NCBI GenBank assembly: GCA_963761125.1
Contig: CAVXFV010000004.1
Location: 392,544-456,543, forward strand
Direction: 5' to 3'
Length of the DNA stretch: 64,000 bases
Origin: Candidatus Latescibacterota bacterium
GTDB lineage: Bacteria; Krumholzibacteriota; Krumholzibacteriia; WVZY01; JAKEHA01
The position numbers and the translations under genes are program-made. Shown in pieces: positions 10,475-19,799 of this stretch. The notes beneath the pieces were generated by a model. That model did not search any database. It saw nothing but the letters and a program-made list of their open reading frames with translations, and was not told the DNA's origin. The stretch's first letter is position 1. Each line of letters begins with the position of its first letter.

Positions 10475-11425
10475 ATGCGCCAACGGTTCACGCTTTCGAT
10501 CGTCCTGGCCGCCGCGCTCGCGGCGGTGACCGCACCGCTTCGCGCGGTCACCGATGCGCCCGACAGCCTCGTGTCGGTATCGACCGAGTGCAAGACGGAC
10601 TCGGTCACCGTGGGACAGCGCTTCGACGTCACCTGTCGCGCCACCTTTGCCGATTCCCTGAAGGCGCTGACCCCCGCCGACGTGCCGCAGGGAACGTGCC
10701 GCCTGATCTCGTCGAAATGGAACGACTCGCACGAGAAGGACCGCGCGGTGCGGACGGGCACCCTCGTGTTCATTCCGGTCAGTCTGGACTCCGCGTACGT
10801 TCCGCCGATGCCGCTCGACTTCGTGACGCCGCACGGCGACACGCTGCGCGCGTGGACCGACGCGATCGATCTGCCGATCCGTCTGATCGCCGCGGGATCG
10901 AAGGAGCTCAAACCGCTCAAGCAACAGTGGGAGGCGCCGCGCAACTGGACACTCTGGATCGTGCTGGTGCTTGCCGTCATCGCGCTGGTGGTCGCGCTCG
11001 TGTGGTGGATCCGTCGTCGCCGTCGCCGTGTTGCGCCCGTGGAGGTCCCCGAGCTGCGCCTGCCGCCAGACTTCGTGGCCCTCAAGGAACTCGAACGCGT
11101 GGCCGCGCTGGGGCTCGTGGAACGCGGTGAGTACAAGACCTTCTACACGCTCGTGGTGGACGCCGTGCGCCGGTACGTCGAGGCGCGCTTCGGCGTCGAG
11201 GCGATGGATCGCACGACGCAGGAGCTGCTCGACGATCTGAACCGGCGGTACACCCGCATCGACGGCCTCGGGGCGCTCATGACCGAAGCCGATCTGGTGA
11301 AGTTTGCGAAATACACGCCCACACCCGTCACCGCCACGGCCGCCATCGAATCGGCGCGCGAAATCGTCGTGGCGACGACACCGCGGTCCGTTCCGGACGC
11401 GGAACCGACGGGGGCGACGGGCTGA
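10475..11425 (+). CDS. Exported or membrane-anchored protein at the DUF4381 position of Bat operons
   Basis: Signal peptide 'FTLSIVLAAALAAVTAPLRA'. Central TM 'WTLWIVLVLAVIALVVALVWW' followed by an RRRRRR stop-transfer. Sits between DUF58 and batA. Confidence 0.6.
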   Translation: MRQRFTLSIVLAAALAAVTAPLRAVTDAPDSLVSVSTECKTDSVTVGQRFDVTCRATFADSLKALTPADVPQGTCRLISSKWNDSHEKDRAVRTGTLVFIPVSLDSAYVPPMPLDFVTPHGDTLRAWTDAIDLPIRLIAAGSKELKPLKQQWEAPRNWTLWIVLVLAVIALVVALVWWIRRRRRRVAPVEVPELRLPPDFVALKELERVAALGLVERGEYKTFYTLVVDAVRRYVEARFGVEAMDRTTQELLDDLNRRYTRIDGLGALMTEADLVKFAKYTPTPVTATAAIESAREIVVATTPRSVPDAEPTGATG

Positions 11426-12411
11426 TGTTTCGGTTCGCGTATCCGCAACTGCTCGCGTTGCTGGCGCTCGTGCCGCTGGTCGGCTGGTTCGCGTTGCGCC
11501 GGCGGCACGAACGCAGCGTGGCCTATTCGTCGCTCGATCTACTGCTGGGAGCCGGCCTCGAAGCGAGCGCGTGGAAACGATACGGAAAACTCGCGCTCCG
11601 TCTCGCCGTGCTTTCGCTGCTCATTCTGGGTGTCGCGCGCCCAGAGACCGGGCGTTCCAAGCATACCGAGTACGCCCAGGGCATCGACATCATGCTGGTG
11701 CTCGATACCAGCGGCAGCATGCAGGCACAGGACTTCGAACCCAAGAACCGCCTGTTCGTGGCCAAGGAAGTGGTGAAGGACTTCATCGCCAAGCGCAGCC
11801 AGGACCGCATCGGGCTGGTGGTGTTTGCGGCCGACGCGATCACGCAGTGCCCGCTGACGCTGGACTACGCGCTCCTTTCCAAGCTTGTCGACGGCGTCGA
11901 CTTCGGCATGCTCGACGACGGCACGGCGATCGGCGTGGCGCTGGCCACGGCGTGCAATCGCCTGCGCACGAGCGACGCCAAGAGCCGCGTCGTGATCCTC
12001 CTCACCGACGGACAGAACAACGCGGGCATGGTGGACCCGGTCACCGCCGCGCGCGTCGCGGCCACACTGGGGATCAAGGTGTATACGATCGGCGTCGGCA
12101 CCCGCGGCCGCGCCCCGATGCCCATCGACGACCCGGTGTTCGGACGGCGTCTGGTGTCGGTCGACGTCGACATCGACGAGACGACTCTGCGCCGCATCGC
12201 GGAACTCACCGACGGTCGATACTTCCGCGCGACCGATCGCGAGGAACTGGTTCAAATTTACGACACCATCGACAAACTCGAGCGCTCGAAGGTGGAGTCG
12301 GAGACGTTCGTCGAGTACACGGACCGGTTTGCCTGGTTTCTGATTCCCGCGCTCGGACTTCTGGTTCTGGAACTCGGGCTGGAGCAGACCGTGCTCCGCG
12401 AGACGCCATGA
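11425..12411 (+). CDS. batA: BatA-type vWA-domain membrane protein
   Basis: N-terminal TM 'PQLLALLALVPLVGWF', MIDAS 'DIMLVLDTSGSM', C-terminal TM 'FAWFLIPALGLLVLELG'. TGATG stop/start overlap with the upstream gene. Confidence 0.85.
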   Translation: MFRFAYPQLLALLALVPLVGWFALRRRHERSVAYSSLDLLLGAGLEASAWKRYGKLALRLAVLSLLILGVARPETGRSKHTEYAQGIDIMLVLDTSGSMQAQDFEPKNRLFVAKEVVKDFIAKRSQDRIGLVVFAADAITQCPLTLDYALLSKLVDGVDFGMLDDGTAIGVALATACNRLRTSDAKSRVVILLTDGQNNAGMVDPVTAARVAATLGIKVYTIGVGTRGRAPMPIDDPVFGRRLVSVDVDIDETTLRRIAELTDGRYFRATDREELVQIYDTIDKLERSKVESETFVEYTDRFAWFLIPALGLLVLELGLEQTVLRETP

Positions 12412-12421
12412 CGGAGCGACG

Positions 12422-14275
12422 ATGATCGAGTTCGGAAAACCCATGTGGCTGTGGGGGCTTCTCGGCCTGCCGCTGGTCGCCGCGGTGATTGCGATCGGCG
12501 TGCGCCGCCGTCGTGATGCGCTCCGAGAGTTCGTCGGCGGGGTGCTCCAGTCGGCACTCGCGCCCGGCGCGAGCTGGCGGCGTCACCTGGCCAAAGGCGT
12601 ACTGCGCACGACCGCGCTGGGGATGATTCTCCTGGCACTCGCGTCGCCGCGCTTCGGCAGCCAGCTCGTCAAAGTGCAGCGCGAGGGAATCGATCTCGTC
12701 ATCGCGGTCGACGTGTCGCTGTCGATGCTCGCCGAAGACGTCCCGCCCAACCGTCTCGAACGGGCCAAGCGCGAAATCGCCGACCTCATCGACGGCCTCC
12801 AGGGCGATCGTGTGGGGCTCGTGGGATTTGCGGGCAACGCGGTGGCGCTGTGCCCGCTCACCGTGGATTACGGTGCGGCGCTGATGCTCGCGCGCTCGCT
12901 GGACGTATACACCGTGTCCGAGCAGGGATCGAATCTGGGCGCGGCCATCGAGACCGCGACGACGATGTTCGACGGGTCCCAGGGAGGCGACCGCGCCGTC
13001 ATCCTGATCACCGACGGGGAAAATCAGCAGGGCGACCCCGAACAGGCCGCCCGCGCCGCCGCCGAGAAGGGCATCCGTATCTACTGCGTGGGTCTGGGGA
13101 GCCCCAAGGGCGAGCTGATCCCCGAGCGCGGAACGGACGGCTCCGTGACGGGGTACAAAAAGGACGCGCGGGGCGAGACCGTGCTGAGCCGCCTCGACGA
13201 GGCCACGCTGCAGAAAGTGGCGTCGATCACGGGCGGGAAGTATCTTCCGGCCACCACCGAGGGCCTCGAAATCAAGGTCCTCTACGACGCCATCTCCGGC
13301 ATGCAACGCAAGCTCATCAAGGGAGAGTTCGTGGAACGCAAGAAAGAGCGTTTCCTGTTTCCGGCGGCGGTCGCCCTGGTCTGCCTGCTCGCGGACGCGC
13401 TCATAACGACGCGCGGGTCGCGACGCCGGGGCACGCGGTCGCGCGCGCTTCATACCGGCGCGGCCCTGCTCTTCCTCGCGATGCTCGCGACGGTCGGGGT
13501 CGTCCCCGCGACCGCGAAGTCGATCAAGGGCGGCAAGGTGAAAGCGGGCAATACGGCCTACCGCGACGGCGAGTATCCGAAGGCGCTCCAGCTCTACCGC
13601 GACGCGCTCGGCGACACGACGAAGCCGGCGAAGAACTCGCAGGGCGTCTACTACAACGGCGGCAACGCGCTTTACATGCAGAAGAAGTATGCCGACGCGG
13701 TCGACTACTACCAGCGCAGCTATTCACCCGACAGCACGCTCACCGGGCGGATGCTCTACAATCGGGGCAATGCCCTGCTCAAGGCCGGCAAAGCCGGTCC
13801 GGCCGTGGAGTCGTACGTGCAGGCGTTACAGTATCTTCCCGACGACCCCGACGCGCGCCACAACCTGGAGCTCGCGCTCGCCGTACAACAGCAGCAGAAG
13901 CAGCAACAGAAACAGCAGCAAAAGCAGAAGCAGAACCAGCAGGGCAATGACCAGAAGCAACAGGATCAGAACTCGCAGGGCTCTCAGTCGAAGCCGGACT
14001 CCTCGCAAAGCGATTCGCAGTCGCAGCAGCAGAAGAATCAGCAGCAGGAAAAACCCGACTCCACGCAGAGCCAGTCGCAACCCCGGCCGGATTCGACCAT
14101 GACAGGACAACCCGACTCCACCCGGACGCCGCTGTCCGAGGACCAGATGCGCCAGTTGTCGAAGGAAGACGCGATGCGCATCCTGCAGGCGCTCCAGGAC
14201 CGCGAGCAGGAACTGCAGAAAGAGCGTCGCAAGGCGGCGTTCCGGAAGTTGAAGCGCTCGGGAAAGGACTGGTAG
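12422..14275 (+). CDS. batB: BatB-BatC fusion: vWA domain + TM + TPR repeats + Gln/Lys/Ser-rich tail
   Basis: MIDAS 'DLVIAVDVSLSM'. TMs 'FPAAVALVCLLADALI' and 'AALLFLAMLATVGVV'. TPRs 'GNTAYRDGEYPKALQLYRDAL', 'YNGGNALYMQKKYADAVDYYQRS', 'YNRGNALLKAGKAGPAVESYVQAL'. Low-complexity tail 'QQQQKQQQKQQQKQKQNQQ..'. Confidence 0.8.
   Translation: MIEFGKPMWLWGLLGLPLVAAVIAIGVRRRRDALREFVGGVLQSALAPGASWRRHLAKGVLRTTALGMILLALASPRFGSQLVKVQREGIDLVIAVDVSLSMLAEDVPPNRLERAKREIADLIDGLQGDRVGLVGFAGNAVALCPLTVDYGAALMLARSLDVYTVSEQGSNLGAAIETATTMFDGSQGGDRAVILITDGENQQGDPEQAARAAAEKGIRIYCVGLGSPKGELIPERGTDGSVTGYKKDARGETVLSRLDEATLQKVASITGGKYLPATTEGLEIKVLYDAISGMQRKLIKGEFVERKKERFLFPAAVALVCLLADALITTRGSRRRGTRSRALHTGAALLFLAMLATVGVVPATAKSIKGGKVKAGNTAYRDGEYPKALQLYRDALGDTTKPAKNSQGVYYNGGNALYMQKKYADAVDYYQRSYSPDSTLTGRMLYNRGNALLKAGKAGPAVESYVQALQYLPDDPDARHNLELALAVQQQQKQQQKQQQKQKQNQQGNDQKQQDQNSQGSQSKPDSSQSDSQSQQQKNQQQEKPDSTQSQSQPRPDSTMTGQPDSTRTPLSEDQMRQLSKEDAMRILQALQDREQELQKERRKAAFRKLKRSGKDW
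13886..14110 (+). repeat. Coding low-complexity tract, (CAG/CAA/AAG)n-rich, inside batB/C
   Basis: 'caacagcagcagaagcagcaacagaaacagcagcaaaagcagaagcagaaccagcag' followed by Gln/Ser/Asp/Pro-rich codons. Visibly AT-richer than its surroundings. Confidence 0.7.
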
Positions 14276-14278
14276 TCT

Positions 14279-16117
14279 GTGCGGATGGGGCGACTGGCCA
14301 GAGGCGCATACGCATGGGTGCTGCTGGGGGTGCTGGCCGTCGGTCCGGTGGCCGCGCGCGCGGACGACGTGTCGGTCAAGGCGAGCCTCAATCCGACCAC
14401 CGTCGCCGTCGGCGAGCAGGCCGTGCTGACCATTCAGGTCGAAGGCAAGTTCCGGCGCTCGGGCGACCCCGAACTCCCCAACCTGGACGATTTCGACGTG
14501 TTCCAGGCCGGCACGTCGCAGAGCTTCTCGATCGTCAATGGTCAGACGTCCGCGTCGGTGATCTACACGTACGTTCTTTCTCCGCGCAAGGAAGGGACGT
14601 TCAAAATCGAGCCGATCCGCATCACCGACGGCTCGCGCCAGTACCAGGCCAACCCGGTGACCCTCGAGGTCGTGGCCGGCGGAGCCGCCGTGACGCCGCC
14701 GTCCCAGGCCGTGCCCCCGCCTTCGGGTCACACGAAGTCGGGTAGTCTCCCCGGGGCGAACGAGAGCATCTTTGTCAGCGCGGCCGTCGACGCGGACACC
14801 GCGTACGTCAATCAGCAAGTCACGTGGACGCTCGGGTATTACGCCGACGGCCGCGTGCAGTTGCTGCGGAGCCCAAACTACACGCCTCCGACCGCCGAAG
14901 GATTCTGGGTCGAAGACCTCCCTCCGCAGAACAAGTACTACACGAACCTGCACGACCGGCAGTACCTCGTCTCCGAGATCAAGCGCGGGTTCTTCCCGAC
15001 TGCGCCCGGGACGTACACGATCGGTCCGGCGCGCGTCGACATCGTGGTCGACGACATGAACGATCGCTCGATCAATAATTTCTTGCAGCGCGGCTTCGGT
15101 GGATTCGGATCGGCGCGAACTCTGGAGACGAAGCCGATTCCGATCGTCGTGCTGGCGCTCCCGGCACGCGGCAAGCCCGCCGACTTCGCCGGCGCGGTCG
15201 TGCGCGATCTCGACGTGTCGATCACGGCGGACAAGCAGGTCGCCCAGGTGGGCGAGCCGATCAACGTTACGGTCACGATGAGCGGGATCGGCAACATGCG
15301 CACGCTGACGCCGCCCTCGTTGAAGGATATCAAGGACTTCAAGGTGTACGAATCGGGCTCGTCGACCGATGCGTTCAAAAAGGACTACGTGGTGTCGGGA
15401 CGGCGCAAATTCGATTTCGTTCTCGTGCCCGAGACCGAGGGAAAGTTCACGCTGCCGCCGGTCACCGTGTCGTACTTCGATCCGGTCAAGAAGGCGTATG
15501 CGACCGCGCGGTCGGCATCCGTGCCGGTGGAGGTGCAGCCGGGGACGAAAGAGGACGGGAACAAGGTTGTGTACGCCGGCGGGGGCGATGACTTCCATGT
15601 GATCAACCGCGACATCCGCTACATCCACGCGCCGCCGGCAAGTCTGAGCACGACGCCGGCGCCGTTCTATTCCAGTCGTTTCTTTCTCATGCTGCAGGCG
15701 CTCCCGGTTCTCGCCGTCGGCGCATCGCTCGTCGTGGAGCGCCGCCGCCGCCGATTCCGGCAGGACGTCGGGTTTGCCCGCGCGAGCCGTGCGCTTCGCG
15801 ACGCGGGCCGGCGTCTGGCGGCTGCGGAACGCGCGTTCCGCGAAGGGGCCGGAGACGGCTACGCCCAGATTCACGCCGCAATCTTCGGATACTTCGCCGA
15901 CCGGATGAACGTGCCCGCCGCCGGACTGACCGCGGGCACGATCGACGACTTCCTGCGCGGGCATCGCGTGCCCGACGACGCCGCAAAGAAGGTCGCCGAC
16001 GCGATCGCGGCGTGCGACGCGGCGCGCTACGCGGCCGGAATCGTCGCCGCGGACGGCGCGGCTGTCGTCAATGCGGCGCGCAGCGCCCTCGGTGAAATCG
16101 AGAAAGTGGTCCGATGA
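14279..16117 (+). CDS. batD: BatD-type 'oxygen tolerance' exported protein
   Basis: Signal peptide 'AWVLLGVLAVGPVAARA', long beta-rich ectodomain, C-terminal TM 'FFLMLQALPVLAVGASLVV' + RRRRR. Position after batB/C. GTG 14279 or ATG 14285 as start. Confidence 0.7.
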   Translation: MRMGRLARGAYAWVLLGVLAVGPVAARADDVSVKASLNPTTVAVGEQAVLTIQVEGKFRRSGDPELPNLDDFDVFQAGTSQSFSIVNGQTSASVIYTYVLSPRKEGTFKIEPIRITDGSRQYQANPVTLEVVAGGAAVTPPSQAVPPPSGHTKSGSLPGANESIFVSAAVDADTAYVNQQVTWTLGYYADGRVQLLRSPNYTPPTAEGFWVEDLPPQNKYYTNLHDRQYLVSEIKRGFFPTAPGTYTIGPARVDIVVDDMNDRSINNFLQRGFGGFGSARTLETKPIPIVVLALPARGKPADFAGAVVRDLDVSITADKQVAQVGEPINVTVTMSGIGNMRTLTPPSLKDIKDFKVYESGSSTDAFKKDYVVSGRRKFDFVLVPETEGKFTLPPVTVSYFDPVKKAYATARSASVPVEVQPGTKEDGNKVVYAGGGDDFHVINRDIRYIHAPPASLSTTPAPFYSSRFFLMLQALPVLAVGASLVVERRRRRFRQDVGFARASRALRDAGRRLAAAERAFREGAGDGYAQIHAAIFGYFADRMNVPAAGLTAGTIDDFLRGHRVPDDAAKKVADAIAACDAARYAAGIVAADGAAVVNAARSALGEIEKVVR

Positions 16118-16941
16118 TGCGGCGCCTCACCCTGCTCGTCGTTGCGATTCTGATTGTCGCGGGTGCGGTGCACGCCGAACCCGCGACCCTCGCCGCGCAA
16201 TTCGCGGATGCCAACAAGGCATACGCGGCCGGCGACTACCCCGGCGCCATCGCCGCGTACTCGGCGCTCGCCGAGAAGGGCGTGGTCGACGCCGACCTGT
16301 TCTTCAATATGGGGAACGCCTACTTCGAGTCCGGCGACCTGGGGCACGCGGTCCTCTGGTACGAACGCGCGCGGCGCCTGGACCCGCGCGACGACGACGT
16401 CCGCGACAATCTCGCGCTCACCCGTTCGATGCTGCGCGACAAGCAACTCGTGCCGTCGGAATCCACGCTGCGACGCGTCCTGCTCTTCTGGCATCGCGAT
16501 GCCACCACGGCCGAGTCGGTGGCGATCGCGTCGGCGCTCTATGCGTTTCTGTGTATGCTGGCGGTATGTTTCGTGTTCCGGCGCGAACCCGCCGTAGAGC
16601 GCGTGCTGCGCCGGCTGTCGATTCTTTCGCCGGGCCGTCTGTTCGGTTTCGACGTGACGCAGGACGTCGCGCTCGCGATGGTGGTCACGTTCCTTGTGGG
16701 CGCGCTGTTTGCGGGATCGGCGGTCGCCAAGATCAATGCGGAACACCGGCGCGACCGCGGCGTGGTCGTCTCCGGGGAGGTGTCCGTATTCAGCGGCCCC
16801 AGCCACGACGCCACCGTGCAGTTCAAGGTGCACGAGGGAACGATGGTCGCGGTGCGCGACGCCCGCGACGGATGGATTCGGGTGGATCTCCCGGGCGACC
16901 TAAGCGGATGGATCGACGCCGCTTCGCTGGAGCGAATCTAG
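16114..16941 (+). CDS. batE: BatE-type TPR + SH3b membrane protein
   Basis: Signal 'LTLLVVAILIVAGAVHA'. TPRs 'ANKAYAAGDYPGAIAAYSAL', 'FNMGNAYFESGDLGHAVLWYERA'. Internal TMs. SH3b-like end 'GWIRVDLPGDLSGWIDAASLERI'. ATGA overlap with batD. Confidence 0.75.
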   Translation: MMRRLTLLVVAILIVAGAVHAEPATLAAQFADANKAYAAGDYPGAIAAYSALAEKGVVDADLFFNMGNAYFESGDLGHAVLWYERARRLDPRDDDVRDNLALTRSMLRDKQLVPSESTLRRVLLFWHRDATTAESVAIASALYAFLCMLAVCFVFRREPAVERVLRRLSILSPGRLFGFDVTQDVALAMVVTFLVGALFAGSAVAKINAEHRRDRGVVVSGEVSVFSGPSHDATVQFKVHEGTMVAVRDARDGWIRVDLPGDLSGWIDAASLERI

Positions 16942-17979
16942 CGTCCACTCGAAATCGATCGCGATTTCCGTCTGACCGACCTTCACCACGTCCCCGTGAT
17001 TCAGCGGCGCCCGCTGGACGCGCTCGCCGTTGATCCACGTCCCGGTCGTACTCCCCATGTCTTCCACGACGAACTTTCCGCGTTCGTTGAGAATCCGGGC
17101 GTGATAGCGCGCGACGTCCGGGTCTTTGATTTCGATGTTGTTGTCGTGTTCGCGTCCAATCGTGAGCGTCGTCGACAACAGGGGGATCGACTGACCCGCG
17201 TGCGGGCCGGATACGAACACGAGACTGGGATTGGTCCCCGACACCGGTTCCTCGGCGGGTGCCGCGGGCTTCGCGCCGGCGCTGTCGGTGGCGTCGACGG
17301 CGGGGTCGGGCTGCGGATGCGCCGCTTCCGTGCCGATGTCCTGTGCCCAGTCCTGTGGATTCTCGAAGCCGGGCTGTTTCCCCCTCGTGGGCCGTTTGAG
17401 AACCGGACGCCGGTCGGACGCCGCCGGCGCGGGCTCGTTGGACGGCTGCGATTTTTCCGCCGCGTTCGTGTCGGTCGCGGGCGCTGGATCGGAGAGGGCC
17501 GGGTCGTCCGCCAGATCCTCGGGTGCGCGCGGCGCCTCGTCGGTATCGTCGAGCATCTCGAGTTTGCCGCGCATCTCGCGGATTCGCTCGCGCGCGGTTT
17601 CGAGCCGGCGGTCGATGTCTTCGCGCCGGGTCTTCATGTCCTCGTCGGAAAATTCGCCGACCCGATTGCGAAAGACGGCTTCGGCCAGTTCTTCTTCGAT
17701 CGATGTCATGGACGCGTTCGCTTCGCGCAACGCGTCTTCGTACTGCGCCCGGACCGTCTCCAGTTCGGTGCGCAACGGAGTCATCTTCGCGCGCAGTGAA
17801 TCCAGCTCACGGTCATATTCGGCGCGCACGCGCTCGTACACACGGCGATTCACCGTGTGCTTCTGTGCCTCCGCGCGCCGCAGCCGGTCGCGGGTCTGCT
17901 CGAACTGGGTCTGCAGGTCGCGGAATTCCGCCAGGCGTTCATCGAGTTTCGCAGTTTCGTTCTTCGACTCTGTCGTCAT
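16900..17979 (-). CDS. FHA-domain protein with N-terminal coiled coil and Pro/Ala-rich linker
   Basis: FHA core 'LTIGREHDNNIEIKDPDVARYHARILNERGKFVVEDMGSTTGTWINGERV'. N-terminal heptad-like region rich in charged residues. 3' end overlaps batE by 42 nt (convergent). Confidence 0.85.
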   Translation of the reverse strand: MTTESKNETAKLDERLAEFRDLQTQFEQTRDRLRRAEAQKHTVNRRVYERVRAEYDRELDSLRAKMTPLRTELETVRAQYEDALREANASMTSIEEELAEAVFRNRVGEFSDEDMKTRREDIDRRLETARERIREMRGKLEMLDDTDEAPRAPEDLADDPALSDPAPATDTNAAEKSQPSNEPAPAASDRRPVLKRPTRGKQPGFENPQDWAQDIGTEAAHPQPDPAVDATDSAGAKPAAPAEEPVSGTNPSLVFVSGPHAGQSIPLLSTTLTIGREHDNNIEIKDPDVARYHARILNERGKFVVEDMGSTTGTWINGERVQRAPLNHGDVVKVGQTEIAIDFEWTLDSLQRSGVDPSA

Positions 17980-18063
17980 TGCGGACGGCCCCCTTGCTGA
18001 CTCACGAGAACCCCGGGGAACGGGGCGCGGGCCTTTCCGGGCCCTATCAATCCCGCGCGCATG

Positions 18064-18079
18064 TGCGTAAAACGTGCCA
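18064..18079 (-). promoter_or_regulatory. sigma54-type -24/-12 promoter candidate facing the FHA gene
   Basis: Minus strand reads TGGCACGTTTTACGCA against the consensus TGGCACG-N4-TTGCW. GG-N10-GC spacing is exact. About 85 nt upstream of start 17979. Confidence 0.4.
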
Positions 18080-18097
18080 AAACGGGACTTTTGGCAC
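18074..18097. other. Perfect inverted repeat GTGCCAAAA-N6-TTTTGGCAC
   Basis: Left arm 18074-18082, spacer cgggac, right arm 18089-18097. Centred in the divergent FHA/PP2C intergenic region. Confidence 0.9.
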
Positions 18098-18107
18098 TGT
18101 TTAAGCA
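18092..18107 (+). promoter_or_regulatory. sigma54-type -24/-12 promoter candidate facing the PP2C gene
   Basis: TGGCACTGTTTAAGCA. GG-N10-GC spacing is exact. About 90 nt upstream of ATG 18198. Confidence 0.35.
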
Positions 18108-18197
18108 GACGGACTCGGGGACGCCGCCGAAGCCGTTGACGTCCCGGGCCGTATCACCTAGTCTAGGACGCCTTCCACGAGGGGACCCGACACCGGA

Positions 18198-18953
18198 ATG
18201 CTGAATCTCGAATTTGCATCGTTGAGCGACCGAGGCCGGGTTCGCCTCAACAACGAGGATACGTGCGGTCACCTCGTTCCCGAAGACGCCGCGGAATTCG
18301 CCGAGCGCGGCGCGGTGTTCGTCGTCGCCGACGGGATGGGCGGTCACCGCGGCGGGGAGATCGCCAGCCGGATTGCGGTGCGCACGATTCTGGCCTTCTA
18401 TTCCGCGAATACCGACGAGGACCGGGCCCAGGCGCTGGCACGGGCATTCCGCGAGGCCAACAAGACCATCATTCAGGAATCGGTCGCCGACTCCGCGCTG
18501 TTCGGGATGGGGACGACCTGCACGGCCCTGGCGCTACACGACGGACTTGCGTACTACGCGCACGTCGGAGATTCGAGGGCGTATCTGTACCGCCGCGACA
18601 TTCTGACGCAGATCACCCACGACCACTCCATCGTGGGCGAGATGGTGCGTTCCGGAATCATCACGGACGAAGACGCCCGCAACCATCCCAAGCGCAATGT
18701 CATCACCAAGTCGCTCGGTGCCCAGGAAGACACCGTGCCCGACGTGGCCGCGACGCCGATCCGCCTGGAGGCGGGCGACATCTTCATGATCTGTTCAGAC
18801 GGGCTGACGACCTATCTCTCCGACGAGGACATCACGGGCGCCCTGGCGACGCGCGATCCCGATGACGCGTGCAAGCGAATGGTGAAGCTTGCGAACGAGC
18901 GGGGTGGACGCGACAATATCACCGTGCAGGTGATCGTCGTCAACGAGGTGTGA
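18198..18953 (+). CDS. PP2C-family Ser/Thr protein phosphatase
   Basis: 'RVRLNNEDT', 'FVVADGMGGHRGGEIAS', 'GTTCTAL', 'MICSDGLT', 'ERGGRDNITV'. Confidence 0.9.
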   Translation: MLNLEFASLSDRGRVRLNNEDTCGHLVPEDAAEFAERGAVFVVADGMGGHRGGEIASRIAVRTILAFYSANTDEDRAQALARAFREANKTIIQESVADSALFGMGTTCTALALHDGLAYYAHVGDSRAYLYRRDILTQITHDHSIVGEMVRSGIITDEDARNHPKRNVITKSLGAQEDTVPDVAATPIRLEAGDIFMICSDGLTTYLSDEDITGALATRDPDDACKRMVKLANERGGRDNITVQVIVVNEV

Positions 18954-19005
18954 GGGGCCGCGCGGCCCAGGTCCAGACGAACTTCATCGATCGTCCTTCC
19001 GGTTT

Positions 19006-19671
19006 CTACAGACCCGCACTGAATCCCAGAAAGAACATCGTGCCGTTGCCGGTGTGCAACGCCGAGAACACGCTGACGTTGTTGGCGATTTCGGCGCTCG
19101 CGCCCAGCCGGAGTTCGACATCGAGATCCGATCCGTCGTTGGGCGACGATCCGTCGTAGTTGAAGTAGTCGACCACCAGGTAGACGCCCGCGTAGGGAAC
19201 GACGTCGTGGTCGTTGTCCAGCGTGAAGGTGCGGCTCGCCATCGCCCCAAACGGAATCCTGACCAGTGTGACCGAGGACTGCGTCAGGAATCCCGCTCCC
19301 ACGCCGACGGCGACGTCCACGGGCGTGCGGTCGTCCTGCTCCATGACCTGATACTTGAAGTCCGCGCCCGCGCCGAACCGTCCGGAATCGCTGCTGCCGG
19401 GACCGGTGTTTAGATCGTCGTACGCGATCTCGAATCCGAGGTCCGACACGCGCGAAACGTTGAATCGTCCGAACCCGAGCAGACGGAAGAAATGGTCGCC
19501 GAACCCCACGGTCGCGCCGAGCGCCGGAGACGAGTCGGGTACCGGGCGTGCCCCCGGAAACGAATACAGGACCTGCGCCGCGCTTCGCCCGGGGAGCGCG
19601 ACCGACGCCAGTGCGACGATCGCGAACAGCACCGGACCGGGCGCAACGGGTGTTCGACGTGTTAACCGCAT
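19006..19671 (-). CDS. Putative outer-membrane beta-barrel protein
   Basis: Signal peptide 'VLFAIVALASVALPGRSAAQ'. Alternating hydrophobic/polar strands ('GAGADFKYQV', 'VAVGVGAGFL', 'YAGVYLVVDY', 'VELRLGASAEI'). Ends 'MFFLGFSAGL'. Start taken at 'MRLTRR'. Confidence 0.5.
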   Translation of the reverse strand: MRLTRRTPVAPGPVLFAIVALASVALPGRSAAQVLYSFPGARPVPDSSPALGATVGFGDHFFRLLGFGRFNVSRVSDLGFEIAYDDLNTGPGSSDSGRFGAGADFKYQVMEQDDRTPVDVAVGVGAGFLTQSSVTLVRIPFGAMASRTFTLDNDHDVVPYAGVYLVVDYFNYDGSSPNDGSDLDVELRLGASAEIANNVSVFSALHTGNGTMFFLGFSAGL

Positions 19672-19799
19672 TCGCGACTTATAACAACCGTCCCGTCGGA
19701 CCGACAACGTGAAATCGCTTCCCGGCCGGCACCGCGGGATTCCGGCGCCGCTTCCGGCGACGCCGGGTGATGGCGGAGGGGCCTCCGCCGTGGTTCCGG

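Noticed and set aside
13380-13500. Treating BatB and BatC as two separate genes, as in Bacteroides.
   Set aside because: There is no stop codon between the vWA/TM part and the TPR part. No ATG/GTG/TTG with an RBS lies at the expected BatC start ('..RGTRSRALHTGAALLFLAM..'). It is called as a fusion, with the caveat that this contig has indel errors.
13886-14110. Repetitive DNA considered as a possible CRISPR or tandem-repeat array.
   Set aside because: The periodicity is trinucleotide and in frame within batB/C. It has no repeat-spacer structure, so it is coding low complexity.
18955-18968. GC palindrome GGGCCGCGCGGCCC after the PP2C gene as a terminator.
   Set aside because: It has a six-base-pair stem with essentially no loop and no U tract. 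That is too weak to call, although it sits between convergent genes.
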